The notes below the pieces were generated by a model. The model saw nothing but the letters and a program-made list of their open reading frames with translations. It was not told where the DNA came from and did not search any database. A stretch of DNA of 64,000 nucleotides from Minisyncoccia bacterium (GTDB lineage Bacteria > Patescibacteriota > Minisyncoccia > Phycocordibacterales > JAKFXT01). The translations under genes were made by a program, and so were the position numbers. The stretch lies in NCBI GenBank assembly GCA_041485465.1, contig JBGPJO010000001.1:29017-93016 (forward strand). Direction: 5' to 3'. Position 1 is the stretch's first letter, and every line of letters starts with the position of its first letter. Positions 49,545-59,757 of the stretch are shown here, piece by piece.

Positions 49545-49571
49545 CCTGCCGCGGTAAGGTTACCGACTAAC

Positions 49572-49838
49572 TTATTGTTGGTGTACCTTGTTCCAGATCG
49601 TGGCAACTACAAATCCGACGACATATCCTATTGCGCCCGTAATGACGATCAGCATGAGAGCCGTTACTGTGTCAAAAGACCCGACCGTGTATGCGGGCAT
49701 GATGAAATGAAGCGAGAATGCGAAATTAATAAGCGGTTGCGCCCATCCGAAGGCGACAAAAATCGACCATAGAAGGTGCCATGCACCTAAAAAAACTCCG
49801 AGGACCATCCCGACCTTATTAGGATTTACCTGTGCCAT
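49572..49838 (-). CDS. Small hypothetical membrane protein
   Basis: 88 aa with three hydrophobic segments. Confidence 0.35.
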   Translation of the reverse strand: MAQVNPNKVGMVLGVFLGAWHLLWSIFVAFGWAQPLINFAFSLHFIMPAYTVGSFDTVTALMLIVITGAIGYVVGFVVATIWNKVHQQ

Positions 49839-49926
49839 ATAAAAATGACTAAATTAGTAATGACTACAGTATACCGCAAAGGGATGATGAAGCGCGAATC
49901 GTTTATTTTTTACTGGCACGTTAATA

Positions 49927-50322
49927 CTATCTGCTTTCCCCGAAGGCTTCATCAGGAGTGTCGGCATCGGCATCGGTTTTTGTCTTATGAATCGTCCCCT
50001 CAATATGATTCGGCGGAGCGTATACGGTATAAATCTTAAGGGGAACAGCTCCGGTATTTATAAAATTATGTTTGGTGCCGGGAGTGACAACAACGACATC
50101 TCCCTCGGACACTCTGCTCTCTTCGCCGTTCAAAACCGCTTTCCCCGTCCCCCGAAGAAAAAATAGTGTTTGCTCAACATGCTCGTGGGTTTCCTCCCCG
50201 ACTTCTCCTCCTTTTTCAATTTCCATCACTACAAGCTGGCTCTTTTCCCCCGTGAAAAGCACCCTTCTAAAATAGCTGTTATTTTCTGTCTCTCTGACAA
50301 TGTTAGTTTTGTATGACATCAC
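49927..50322 (-). CDS. Cupin domain protein
   Basis: Cupin motifs G(X)5HxH...E and G...H (EETHEHVEQTLFFLRGTG...VVVTPGTKHNF). Confidence 0.65.
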   Translation of the reverse strand: MMSYKTNIVRETENNSYFRRVLFTGEKSQLVVMEIEKGGEVGEETHEHVEQTLFFLRGTGKAVLNGEESRVSEGDVVVVTPGTKHNFINTGAVPLKIYTVYAPPNHIEGTIHKTKTDADADTPDEAFGESR

Positions 50323-50323
50323 C

Positions 50324-50797
50324 TTATGCTATCAGGTTTTTAAGGTCGGCAATAACTTCTTCCGCATGAATTTCGGGTTTTACTTTTTCATAGATCTTCA
50401 CGATAGTACCCCTAGGATCAATCAAAAATGAAGTGCGGAGAGTCCCCATGTATTCGCGCCCCATGAATTTTTTCATTCCGAAAACCCCGTACTGCGTAAC
50501 TACTTTCTTCTCCGGATCGGCAAGTAGCGTGAACGGCAGATTATATTTCTCGGCAAATTTCTTATGGCTTTTTTCCGAATCAATGCTCACCCCGAGAACT
50601 TCCGCCTTCATTTTTCCGAAAGCGGGAAGATTGTCACGAATCATGCATGCTTCTTTGGTACATCCGGTCGTATCGTCTTTCGGATAAAAGTAAAGCAATA
50701 CCCATTTATTTTTATAATTGGAAAGAGAATGCTGTTTTCCCTCTTGATCAGAGAGAGTAAAATCGGGCGCTTTTGATCCGACGGTTAGCGTTTTCAT
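50324..50797 (-). CDS. bcp: Peroxiredoxin (Bcp-type thiol peroxidase)
   Basis: FYPKDDTTGCTKEAC peroxidatic-Cys motif of the AhpC/TSA family. Confidence 0.85.
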   Translation of the reverse strand: MKTLTVGSKAPDFTLSDQEGKQHSLSNYKNKWVLLYFYPKDDTTGCTKEACMIRDNLPAFGKMKAEVLGVSIDSEKSHKKFAEKYNLPFTLLADPEKKVVTQYGVFGMKKFMGREYMGTLRTSFLIDPRGTIVKIYEKVKPEIHAEEVIADLKNLIA

Positions 50798-50828
50798 AGC
50801 AAGTATTATAGCGATATCAGTGTCAACT

Positions 50829-51269
50829 TCAATGAAATGAAAGAGGTTTGACGGGTGTCATGACCGACTCCGGATCATCTCTCCAACGATCCGAAACATC
50901 CGCGTAGAGCTCAAGCTCGTTTTTATCGGGATCGAGAATATAGATGCTGTGAGTGACGCCATGATCCCCTGTTCCGACAATCGGAACGCCTTTTTCCTTG
51001 AGTTCCCGAAAAACCTCCCTGGCATCTTCTTTAGAATCGCCAATTTTGAAACCGATATGATAAAGACAGGGCTTTGGAAAACTTTTCTCGTCGGGAATGC
51101 CGCCAACCTCAATCAAGAGAAGCTCGTGATGAGTCCGCCCCGAAGAAAAAGCGGCAAGTCCTTCCCGCCGCACGATCTCACGAAATCCGAGAGTATCGCG
51201 ATAAAAATCCGCAGAACGCTTCAGGTCAGATACATAGAGCACCACATGACCAAGTTCCTTAATTTGCAT
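50829..51269 (-). CDS. VOC (glyoxalase/bleomycin-resistance) family protein
   Basis: LGHVVLYVSDLKRSADFYRDTLGF and paired beta-alpha-beta-beta-beta modules. Confidence 0.7.
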   Translation of the reverse strand: MQIKELGHVVLYVSDLKRSADFYRDTLGFREIVRREGLAAFSSGRTHHELLLIEVGGIPDEKSFPKPCLYHIGFKIGDSKEDAREVFRELKEKGVPIVGTGDHGVTHSIYILDPDKNELELYADVSDRWRDDPESVMTPVKPLSFH

Positions 51270-51344
51270 AGCAGAAGTTTATCGGGCAAAAGTAATTCGG
51301 GCAACTTCCTGCCCACAATCCGAATCTAAATTTTAATAATAAAA

Positions 51345-51372
51345 AACCGCATAGAACTGTGGTTTTTTATTA
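51345..51372. terminator. Probable bidirectional terminator
   Basis: AAAAAACCGCATAGAACTGTGGTTTTTT: a short hairpin with a G-U wobble, flanked by A- and T-tracts. Confidence 0.45.
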
Positions 51373-51388
51373 CCCCGTATGATCGTCT

Positions 51389-52216
51389 TTATTGAGTGAC
51401 CGTCGTTGATGAGGTTGAAGTCTCAAGATGAAAAGCTTTTAATCCCATGATGATCGTCTTTGCATCCTGTCGTGCCACCCTTAAATCCTGAGCGCCAGCC
51501 TTAAGCTTCATTCGGGCATTTTGGAGGGCTTGGTTATTTGCGGCAAGTTTCGCCGGATCGCCATTGTCCGGAGTAAGCGATGCGCTGTCGGAGACTGCGC
51601 CTTCCGCCTGTACCTTTGCGTCAGCGATTTTTGCGTTAAAGTCGGTAAGCGCTGCCTGAAGAGAACTGACGTCTTTCCCGGCATTTTGGGCCGCCGTAAT
51701 GCGAGTTTGGAGTTTCGTGCCAAGAGCTGTCATAGAATCGGAAAGCGTGAGTATTCCATCTGCCATCGCGGCAATCCTTCCTTGTGGAAGAATGAGAAGG
51801 AAAATTCGGTATGAACCGGCTATCGATTTTATGTCAGTCTTAAGAGTATCAATGTCGGTGTCTGCATCAATTTTCGCTTTAAGCGACGTCAGGGTGCTTA
51901 TCTGGGCATCAAGGGTCAAAGAGAGGCTTGTCTTTTGATCGGCAGAAAGTCTCTTTGCTGAATTGATTCTTGCCTTCAAATTTGTCAAGGATTCAATCCG
52001 GCGATTAATTTCCTGATCCGCCCGGCTTTTCCCCTTTTCTATTCTCGTTGCAATAGTTGCTTGAGCTTTAGCGCCAATCCCCGTGCCCCCGAGGGTAGTG
52101 CTTCCTGAGCCTTCAATGCCAAGATATTCGGCAGAAACGGGCGTTATTCCCAAAATAAAAACAATAGAGCTTACAATAACGGAGGCTATGGTTCTATGTA
52201 GTGTAGATTTTTTCAT
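51389..52216 (-). CDS. Secreted alpha-helical/coiled-coil hypothetical protein
   Basis: Signal peptide. Ala/Lys/Asp/Thr-rich helical repeats. Confidence 0.45.
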   Translation of the reverse strand: MKKSTLHRTIASVIVSSIVFILGITPVSAEYLGIEGSGSTTLGGTGIGAKAQATIATRIEKGKSRADQEINRRIESLTNLKARINSAKRLSADQKTSLSLTLDAQISTLTSLKAKIDADTDIDTLKTDIKSIAGSYRIFLLILPQGRIAAMADGILTLSDSMTALGTKLQTRITAAQNAGKDVSSLQAALTDFNAKIADAKVQAEGAVSDSASLTPDNGDPAKLAANNQALQNARMKLKAGAQDLRVARQDAKTIIMGLKAFHLETSTSSTTVTQ

Positions 52217-52225
52217 ATTTGAGAA

Positions 52226-52522
52226 TTACTCGGTTTGGGGAACCGGTGTATCCTTAAAACTTTGATCGACCTGTGAAGAACTATTGTCGACAGCTTGGAG
52301 CTGTGCATCAACTGATGTCATATCTTTATCAAGAGATGCGTTTGAATTGTCCCGAGAGGAAATCGCGCTTGATTCCTGGTTTGATCCGGGGTTTTGAGTG
52401 TTAGTCACGGTTGTTGAGGGAGAGGGTGAAGTATTTTTGATTTCATGCCCTTTAAAAAACCACAGGCTAAAGAGCCCCGCAACGATCACCACGGGTATGC
52501 CAAATTTTGCAAGTAGAGACAT
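52226..52522 (-). CDS. Small membrane-anchored Ser/Thr/Asn-rich protein
   Basis: N-terminal TM and a low-complexity tail. Confidence 0.35.
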   Translation of the reverse strand: MSLLAKFGIPVVIVAGLFSLWFFKGHEIKNTSPSPSTTVTNTQNPGSNQESSAISSRDNSNASLDKDMTSVDAQLQAVDNSSSQVDQSFKDTPVPQTE

Positions 52523-52772
52523 TGTGATGGATTACTATATTAATGAATAACAAGACGACCTTGATTATGTCGAGGATTATAGCATGAGAGTGCTATATGT
52601 CTATCCTCATTCATAAATAATGACGTAGGAACCTTAAAAAAATTACATGCAATAAGACAGTCTTATTTTGCTGCATTGTATACTCATAATAAGATCCCGC
52701 TGGTAACGACCTCCAGTTCCTTATACTATGTAGCATTACGCTTTTTCGACCAGAAAAGGCTTCGTAATCGAT

Positions 52773-53246
52773 ATGGAATCTAAACTTCAAGAAAAAGAAA
52801 TAGTGCGTTTTTTTAAAGTGGCTCTTGTTCTCAAAGCTATCCACGGTGTCATTGAACTTATCGGCGGAATACTTATTTCCCTTATAAGCGGAGAAGCCGT
52901 GACGCTCCTCGTAACACGGCTTACCGAAGGAGAGCTTGCGGAAGACCCGAATGATTTTTTCACCACCTTTTTTGTCCGGAGCATCGAACACCTCGCGACA
53001 AGTGGGAAAGTATTTGCTGTCGCCTATCTCATTATTCACGGCCTGATAAATCTTACCCTCGCCCTAGGACTTTTGCGTGGAAAAAGGTGGGCATATCCTT
53101 CTGCCTTTGGATTGCTTATTCCCTTCGTCGTCTATCAAATATACCGGATTTCCCTCACCTATTCTCTCTGGCTTTTAGTCCTTACACTTTTTGATCTTGT
53201 GGTAATCGCCCTGATTTATCACGAATATAAAAAGTCAATTTCCTGA
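52773..53246 (+). CDS. DUF2127-like membrane protein
   Basis: Four-TM topology and HGVIELIGG motif. Confidence 0.45.
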   Translation: MESKLQEKEIVRFFKVALVLKAIHGVIELIGGILISLISGEAVTLLVTRLTEGELAEDPNDFFTTFFVRSIEHLATSGKVFAVAYLIIHGLINLTLALGLLRGKRWAYPSAFGLLIPFVVYQIYRISLTYSLWLLVLTLFDLVVIALIYHEYKKSIS

Positions 53247-53258
53247 AAAGGCAGCGTT

Positions 53259-54422
53259 CTATCTAGCAAATAATCGCTCAGTCATAAAAATACCGAGACC
53301 GACAAAAACAATTACCATTGCGACAATAAGAGTGAGGGTATCGCCATAGTGCTGCCACATATATCCGCCTCCGGCGCCCGCAATGAGCGCGCCAAAACCG
53401 GAAGCGGCATTCAAATAGCCATAGCCGAGACCTTTATACTTTTCTCTAATTAATTCCGAGAGATGAAAACGCTGTACCCCGTCGGTGAAAGCGGAAAAAA
53501 CACCCGCGCATAAGAACGCGACAATAAGAATGAGCGGCGTAGAAGATATATTTAAAACAAGGTAGGACAAGATAAGGAACGCGTAGCCAACCACGATGAC
53601 ACTACCGCTCCCCACACTATCAGCCACTCTTCCGGCGGGCCAGGAAAAAAGCGCGTACGAGACATTATAGATCATGTAAAAGAGGGGTATTGAAGCGATG
53701 GCGATACCGATATCTTGGGTTTTAAAAAGCAGGAGAGAAACGGGAAGTGTTCCGATTGAAAGAACAAAAATTGCCGCAATGTATGCCTTGAATCGAAGCG
53801 GTAACACTTCCGTCCCCGCGCCATTCCTTTTAGCGTCGATAATTCCCCGAATGTCTTTAACAAGAGAGAGGCTCAGTATCGCCGCGAGTCCCACGATAAA
53901 CGCCACAACAAAAATAATATTGAATCCCTGCTGAAATCGGCTGAGGAGGAGATACGCGACAAGAGGACCGAGGATCGCTCCGATTGTATCCATCGCCCGA
54001 TGATATCCGAACGACCTCCCCATCTCTTCTTTTGGAGCTGAGAGCGATATAAGAGCGTCCCGCGGAGAATCTCTTAGCCCCTTCCCCACCCGATCTAAAA
54101 CTCTAAGGCCTATTACTCCACCGACACTTTGAACGAGAATGTAGAATGGGCGGGAAAAAACCGAGATAGTATAGCCTAAAATCGCAAAAATTTTGCGCCG
54201 TTGTATCTTGTCAGACCACCAGCCTGAATATATTTTAATGAGGTTCGAAATCGCTTCCGCGATACCTTCTACAATACCGAGTGACCCGGCTCCGGATTTT
54301 AAAACCGAAATAAAGAAGGCCGGAAACACTGACAAAACCATCTCCGAGGAAAAATCATTAAAAAGGCTTGTCAGCCCGAGGAAAAATACGTTTTTTTGTA
54401 GGCCGAATATTCTGTCTTTCAT
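53259..54422 (-). CDS. MFS transporter
   Basis: Twelve-TM MFS architecture with the conserved loop GLRVLDRVGKGLRDSPRDALIS. Confidence 0.8.
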   Translation of the reverse strand: MKDRIFGLQKNVFFLGLTSLFNDFSSEMVLSVFPAFFISVLKSGAGSLGIVEGIAEAISNLIKIYSGWWSDKIQRRKIFAILGYTISVFSRPFYILVQSVGGVIGLRVLDRVGKGLRDSPRDALISLSAPKEEMGRSFGYHRAMDTIGAILGPLVAYLLLSRFQQGFNIIFVVAFIVGLAAILSLSLVKDIRGIIDAKRNGAGTEVLPLRFKAYIAAIFVLSIGTLPVSLLLFKTQDIGIAIASIPLFYMIYNVSYALFSWPAGRVADSVGSGSVIVVGYAFLILSYLVLNISSTPLILIVAFLCAGVFSAFTDGVQRFHLSELIREKYKGLGYGYLNAASGFGALIAGAGGGYMWQHYGDTLTLIVAMVIVFVGLGIFMTERLFAR

Positions 54423-54477
54423 ACCATGGGTATTATATAAGTGCTCCTAGTGTCGAGTTAAACTTAAACATTAACAG

Positions 54478-54977
54478 CTACAAAAATAATTCCTGCGTTA
54501 TATCGATCAGGTAATCGGGGTTGAGAGCACTCAGCGCCTTTTTTGAATTCGCCCCCTGGTCAAGCGATATTATTTTGATTCCCCCTTTTCTCGCCGCCTT
54601 AATATCCCTTACCTCATCACATAGTATGGTCTTGATACCCATAGTAATTTCGCGAACCCTTAAGTCTCCTAAGCTATACATCGCGGAAAATACTATTTGG
54701 AGCGCGAAAAATATGCCGAGTGGTGTTATGAAGGATTAGCGTTTAACGGAAGCCAGTCCATGAGTTTTTTTCGATGTTGATCAAGTGACCACAGGTCACC
54801 GTTCTTAAAAAGCGTCGTGTGCGAATCCTGGAATTTTTTTAAGAGCGAGACGGAAGCGCGCGGAAAATTTATGGGCATATTTCGATTATAGGATTCCAAA
54901 AAATCAGAAAGGGATATCTGCATTTGGCTTATCTTTAACTCTTCTCCGTGTTTTTTCATTGAAATTAAGAATACCAC
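54478..54977 (-). pseudogene. Possible frameshifted HAD-superfamily hydrolase remnant
   Basis: ORF 54478-54681 encodes a HAD C-terminal motif-III-like segment (ILCDEVRDIKAARKGGIKIISLDQG...DYLIDITQEL) but has no N-terminal DxD motif. The adjacent out-of-frame ORF 54726-54977 could be the upstream portion. Confidence 0.3.
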
Positions 54978-55050
54978 AAATCAACAAAAAATCAATGTTT
55001 TTAAAAAATTTAAAAACTCAAGAATAATTTATTGGTCAGGGGACATCTTT

Positions 55051-56259
55051 TTATTTCTTTTTCGGCAATATTCCCCACATCGCCCCGTCCTCTCCGCCAT
55101 CAAGTTTGAAGATTGCAATGCCGCGGATTCCGAGTTTTTTGGCAAGAGTGATCTTGTCGGCAATCGCTCCTGCGTCGCTCCAGGTCATCATCCGGAACAC
55201 TTGCGAAACGTTTGTCGTACTTGCGAACATAAGTGCCGCCCCTGCGACATCCTGGTTATTAGGAATAAATTGAGCGGCAGTGGTAATAGGCGTTGTTGTC
55301 GGCACATAAGAGAAAAACAATTCCCCCGCCCCATTGCGCATTGGCGTAATACCGAATGAGTTGGCAGTCGAGGTTGCATAGCCGGGATTGAAAGTCCACA
55401 GAGAGTCATAGCTAAAGCCATCGGCATAGGCGGTAACGTTATATTCGTAGCCATACGTTGGCACGCCGATTATTATCTTCTTCTTACTTATGTCTTTGGC
55501 GGCAAGCGTCACCACTTTCGTGACCCATGCTGGATCGGCCACCGGTGCGTAAAGCTTACTTGTCGATGATGCGTATGATATGAGCTTCAGGTCTATACCC
55601 TGCTGGTCGTAGGCCATAATGCGGACCCGATCGCAGTATTTATTGATCGCCTTGAAATCATTTGCGTAAAGTGACGCATCCGAGGGTGGCGTCGTGCCGA
55701 AGTAGCGATCTGCAGTAGGTGTGCGCGCTTCTATTGAACATATTACCCACTTATTCCCCATTCTCTGATATAGGCCTTTGAGGAAAGTGGAGAAATAATT
55801 TCTGTCGTCCGCACTTTTGCCTTCAAAATCGATATCAATGCCGTCAAAATCATTTTGTTTTACGAGCGCAGTGATGTTGTCTTCAAGAGCGATGCGCGAT
55901 TTAGTATTGCTTAATAAAGAGTGTAGGAGATTAGTGTTACTCGTCATGATGGTCGGGATAACACGAACCTTTTGTTGCTTCGCTGCAGCAATGAAGCTCC
56001 GCCACGGCTCTTCGTTAAGCCCGCCATTATCGAGAAATGTGCCATTGCTCTTCAGCGTATAGACGAATGGGTTTACTTCTGTGAGAGTGTTCAAATGCGG
56101 CAAGACATCAGCAGTGCCAGTTGCCGTCCTCCAGTATGGAATCCAGCCGGAGACTTCAAAAGATGCCGAGATAGAAGCGGCGGAAGCAAGCTGCGGAGCA
56201 AGCATAAATATGCTGAAAACAAAAATTGAGAAGCCAAGTTTTCTCGTAAATCTTTCCAT
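55051..56259 (-). CDS. Secreted glycoside hydrolase family 18 (chitinase-like) protein
   Basis: Signal peptide and the GH18 catalytic motif DFDGIDIDFEG (DxxDxDxE). Confidence 0.8.
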   Translation of the reverse strand: MERFTRKLGFSIFVFSIFMLAPQLASAASISASFEVSGWIPYWRTATGTADVLPHLNTLTEVNPFVYTLKSNGTFLDNGGLNEEPWRSFIAAAKQQKVRVIPTIMTSNTNLLHSLLSNTKSRIALEDNITALVKQNDFDGIDIDFEGKSADDRNYFSTFLKGLYQRMGNKWVICSIEARTPTADRYFGTTPPSDASLYANDFKAINKYCDRVRIMAYDQQGIDLKLISYASSTSKLYAPVADPAWVTKVVTLAAKDISKKKIIIGVPTYGYEYNVTAYADGFSYDSLWTFNPGYATSTANSFGITPMRNGAGELFFSYVPTTTPITTAAQFIPNNQDVAGAALMFASTTNVSQVFRMMTWSDAGAIADKITLAKKLGIRGIAIFKLDGGEDGAMWGILPKKK

Positions 56260-56333
56260 ATCTATTTAGTGTACTAGACGAACAGCAAATGTAAGAATTA
56301 CGAACAAAGTGAATGCCGGAACTATTTTAATGG

Positions 56334-58322
56334 CTAAAGTCTGGCACCCCTTAGGAATGAAGCGTTGATCGCCACAATTACTGTTGAAAGAGACATAAAA
56401 ACCGCCGCGACAGCAGGTTGCAGTATTATGCCGTACACGGCAAGCGCCCCGGCCGCGATGGGAAGAGCGATCACATTGTAGCCAGTTGCCCAAAACAAGT
56501 TTTGAATCATTTTCGTGTACGTGAGTCTCGAAAGTTTGATTATTTTCGGAATATCGCGCGGATCGTTCTTTACGAGAATAATTCCCGCCGATTCGATAGC
56601 GACGTTCGTCCCCGCACCGATCGCAATACCGAGATCGGCTTGAGTTAAGGCAGGCGCATCATTCACCCCATCGCCAACCATAGCTACCCGCTCCCCCCGA
56701 CTCTGAAGTTTCTTGACCGCATCCGCCTTTTGATCGGGAAGGACATGCGCAAAATACTCATCAATAGAAAGTTCTTTCGATACCCAGGCGGCCACATCTT
56801 CGGCATCGCCCGTTATCATGGCGATTTTAATATCCATTTGCTTGAGGGTGTGCACCGCTTCGCGTGATTCCTCACGTATGACATCCGCAAGAGCGATACT
56901 GCCAATTAACTCTTTCCCTCGTATAACATGCACCACTGTTTTTCCTTCGCGTTCATGTAATTGAATCACCCTTTCGTGGCTTTGTGGAATCTTCACCCCC
57001 TGCTCGCTAAACAGCGTCGAGGAACCTACATAGACGCGCTCCCCTTGAATTTCGACTCGCACGCCTTTTCCGCGCAAGTTTGAGAAAGACGAAGCGGTCG
57101 GGACGTTTATTTGTTTCTCTCTCGCGTACGAAACGATTGCGCGCCCTAAAGGATGCTCCGAGTCCGCATTTGCGGCGGCGGCAAGAGAGAGTGTTTCTAC
57201 TTCTGGCCCAATAACAGCCATGACTCCAAAAGAGCCCTTGGTGAGCGTGCCTGTCTTATCAAACAAAACAGTTGTGATGTTCCGGGCGGCTTCAAGCGCA
57301 AGCCGACGCTTCACAAAGAAGCCATTTCGAGAAGCCAGCGTAGTTGAAATTGATGCGACAAGCGGAATCGCAAGGCCAAGCGCATGCGGGCAGGCGATCA
57401 CCAAAACTGCCACAAGCCGCTCGACTGAAAATCCGAAACTCTCCCCAACGGAGAGCCAGGCAGCGAAGGTAATTCCGCCTGCCGCTACCGCGAGAATTGT
57501 GAGATAAAGGGCGGCGCGATCAGAGAGAAGCTGTAAGCGAGATTTTGAACTTTCCGCTTCCGCTACCAAACGCATAATTCCAGCGAGGAATGTCTGCTCA
57601 CCGAGCTTCTCGAGGAGAACTTTGAGGCTACCATCCCCGTTTATCGATCCGGCAATTACCTCTTTGCCTTTTTCTTTAAAAATAGGCCTTGATTCGCCGG
57701 TAATCAGAGATTCGTCAACCTCAGATTCCCCTTCTACCACAAGCCCGTCGGCCGGTACCTTGCCGCCTGGGCGAATTAGCACAACATCGCCCTGCCGCAG
57801 ATCTGAAATAGAAACTTTAATTGTTTCGCCGTACCGAATGACTTCTGCACTGTCGGGGATAAGCTTGGCAAGTTCGCGAAGTGCCCCTTTTGCTCCCTTC
57901 ACCGCCTTCATTTCGATCCAGTGACCAATAAGCATGACGGCGATTAATGTCGAAAGTTCCCAAAACAAAGTTTTACCATTTCCGAAGAGGACCGAACCGG
58001 CACTGTAGAGATACGCGGCAGAAATTGCGAGAGCAATGAGCGTCATCATTCCCGGAAGACGGTCTTTTAATTCGCCCCAGGCACCTTTCAGAAACACGAA
58101 TCCTCCATAGAAAAAGACGATACTCCCGAGCACAAAGGTAAGATATTCAGAACCAGGAAAAGTAGGCGCAGTTAAACCAAAAAATACTTTCGGCAAATCA
58201 GAATAGAAAATTATTGGAATCGTGAGAACAAGTGTCACCCAAAACTTTTTTAAAAAGTCCTCTGTGTGGTGCCCCGCGTGCCTGTCATGCTCTCCCCTCT
58301 CTTGTCCGTGAGAATGTTCCAT
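56334..58322 (-). CDS. copB: Heavy-metal P1B-type ATPase, CopB-like (CPH motif, His-rich N-terminus)
   Basis: His-rich N-terminus (MEHSHGQERGEHDRHAGHH). TM CPH motif (VIACPHALGLAIP), DKTGTLT and GDGVNDAP motifs. No HMA/CxxC domain. Confidence 0.8.
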   Translation of the reverse strand: MEHSHGQERGEHDRHAGHHTEDFLKKFWVTLVLTIPIIFYSDLPKVFFGLTAPTFPGSEYLTFVLGSIVFFYGGFVFLKGAWGELKDRLPGMMTLIALAISAAYLYSAGSVLFGNGKTLFWELSTLIAVMLIGHWIEMKAVKGAKGALRELAKLIPDSAEVIRYGETIKVSISDLRQGDVVLIRPGGKVPADGLVVEGESEVDESLITGESRPIFKEKGKEVIAGSINGDGSLKVLLEKLGEQTFLAGIMRLVAEAESSKSRLQLLSDRAALYLTILAVAAGGITFAAWLSVGESFGFSVERLVAVLVIACPHALGLAIPLVASISTTLASRNGFFVKRRLALEAARNITTVLFDKTGTLTKGSFGVMAVIGPEVETLSLAAAANADSEHPLGRAIVSYAREKQINVPTASSFSNLRGKGVRVEIQGERVYVGSSTLFSEQGVKIPQSHERVIQLHEREGKTVVHVIRGKELIGSIALADVIREESREAVHTLKQMDIKIAMITGDAEDVAAWVSKELSIDEYFAHVLPDQKADAVKKLQSRGERVAMVGDGVNDAPALTQADLGIAIGAGTNVAIESAGIILVKNDPRDIPKIIKLSRLTYTKMIQNLFWATGYNVIALPIAAGALAVYGIILQPAVAAVFMSLSTVIVAINASFLRGARL

Positions 58323-58365
58323 AACTCAAGTGTAGCAAATTCACATGTCAGAGATTTATAAAAAA

Positions 58366-58424
58366 GCGGATGCTGGGAATATTGTAGCAAAAGAAAAAGC
58401 CGTCCTTATGGAGGGGACGGCTTG
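58366..58424 (-). repeat. Repeat copy 9 (degenerate core + AAAAG + hairpin)
   Basis: GCTGGGAATATTGTAGCAAAAGAAAAAGCCGTCCTTATGGAGGGGACGGCTT. On the minus strand this reads hairpin + TTTTTCTTTTGCTACAAT. ~55 nt upstream of the copB start. Confidence 0.7.
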
Positions 58425-58867
58425 AACCCAAGGCGCTTTATCGTCTCGGACATTACCTGCTTAGTCTTTTCCAAACGGTCAAGGAATTCAGACATCACGA
58501 AGTTCGGCTGCAAATCACTTGATTCCCTATACAATCTTACCCAAGGAGAAGCGCGGTCTGCAGCCACAATAAATGGCACTGCGCCGGCTATGGGGTACAC
58601 ATCGATTATGCTAGACCTGCTTAATGGGATAAGCCAGCTGTGCTGATGGCTGGTAGCGAAGTATCCATCATAGACAGAGACTTCAAAATAAGCTGCCAGT
58701 GCGTGACAAATGAGGTGGCACGAGACCTGATTTTTACAGGCGCCCCATCCGTGTTCGTTAGAATCGAACACGATATTCGGCATCTCGCGTATCACGGCAA
58801 CAACTCGAGTGAATGTTTCCATGTCAACAGGCAGGATTTTGCCTTTTGACGGTGCATAGAATTCCAT
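58406..58867 (-). CDS. Hypothetical protein (cassette-like gene 1)
   Basis: 153-aa ORF with no recognised motif. Its stop codon lies in the loop of the repeat hairpin at 58401-58424. Confidence 0.4.
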   Translation of the reverse strand: MEFYAPSKGKILPVDMETFTRVVAVIREMPNIVFDSNEHGWGACKNQVSCHLICHALAAYFEVSVYDGYFATSHQHSWLIPLSRSSIIDVYPIAGAVPFIVAADRASPWVRLYRESSDLQPNFVMSEFLDRLEKTKQVMSETIKRLGFKPSPP

Positions 58868-58980
58868 GACTGCTCCCGTTTTTCTGTGAAATTTGACTAG
58901 TCTGACAGAAACTTACGATATAAAAATTACCTAGTCAATTACTGGCCGCCGCGTGGTTCGACCCGTATTGAATTAATGCC

Positions 58981-59319
58981 CTACATCCCCGGCATCTCCA
59001 TTATCTCCATCACCTCAATCGAGCCGTTAAACCTCGTGAGGTGCGGGCTATCCGCGAAGATTTTGGTGGCCGCGTCGTGTGACTCCGCTTGTACGATAGA
59101 GTATCCGCCGATGTCATTCTTAATATCGGTGACACCGTCCTTCCTGACCTGCTTGGTCTTCCCTACTGGCGCTCCTCCATCGACGAGATCTGCCTTGTGA
59201 TCAGTCATCCACTTCATCCACTCTGCCATACTCTCTTTCCGCTCCTCTGGTGTCCAGCTTGTCATCGCCTTCTGAAATTCCTCAATCGGTGCCTTATACA
59301 ACACAAAAAACTTTTTCAT
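58981..59319 (-). CDS. Hypothetical protein, possibly YciI-like alpha+beta barrel
   Basis: 112 aa. MKKFFVLYKAP...DIGGYSIVQAESHDAATKIFADSP resembles the YciI-family layout. Weak. Confidence 0.35.
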   Translation of the reverse strand: MKKFFVLYKAPIEEFQKAMTSWTPEERKESMAEWMKWMTDHKADLVDGGAPVGKTKQVRKDGVTDIKNDIGGYSIVQAESHDAATKIFADSPHLTRFNGSIEVMEIMEMPGM

Positions 59320-59382
59320 ACGTTTTTTTTAATTAATTACTAAATAGTCCGAAGAGTATACACCAAAATCATAAAGAAAACC

Positions 59383-59453
59383 CCGCCATTGGTGGGGATG
59401 TTGGAACCTTTTTAGGTAGAAACAAGCCCCTCTCGCATAACGATAAGGGGCTT
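59383..59453 (-). repeat. Repeat copy 11
   Basis: GGGGATGTTGGAACCTTTTTAGG followed by the hairpin AAGCCCCTCTCGCATAACGATAAGGGGCTT. Confidence 0.6.
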
Positions 59454-59485
59454 ACTCTTCTTTGATGATCATTTTCATCTCCTTT

Positions 59486-59719
59486 TTATTGTGGCCAGTT
59501 TACTTTCACGCCATGAGCAGCAAGATGCTTCAAAATCTCAGTCCACTTTTGCTTTGAGTGTTTCTTACACTCACTGCAGTTAATATTCCCGTATCTAACC
59601 GCCCCACATACGGGACAGACAGGATGGCTATGAGGCAGGGTTTCAAAACACGTGAGAAAGGGACAAGGCCCGTCAAAGTCCATTTTTTTAGCTTTACCCA
59701 TAATCACCTCCAACAACAA
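59486..59719 (-). CDS. Small Cys-rich zinc-finger-like protein
   Basis: CPFLTC...HSHPVCPVCG...CSEC motifs in 77 aa. Confidence 0.4.
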   Translation of the reverse strand: MLLEVIMGKAKKMDFDGPCPFLTCFETLPHSHPVCPVCGAVRYGNINCSECKKHSKQKWTEILKHLAAHGVKVNWPQ

Positions 59720-59757
59720 TATATATTAAATAATGCAATCTGTCAACTTCTGCTGAC

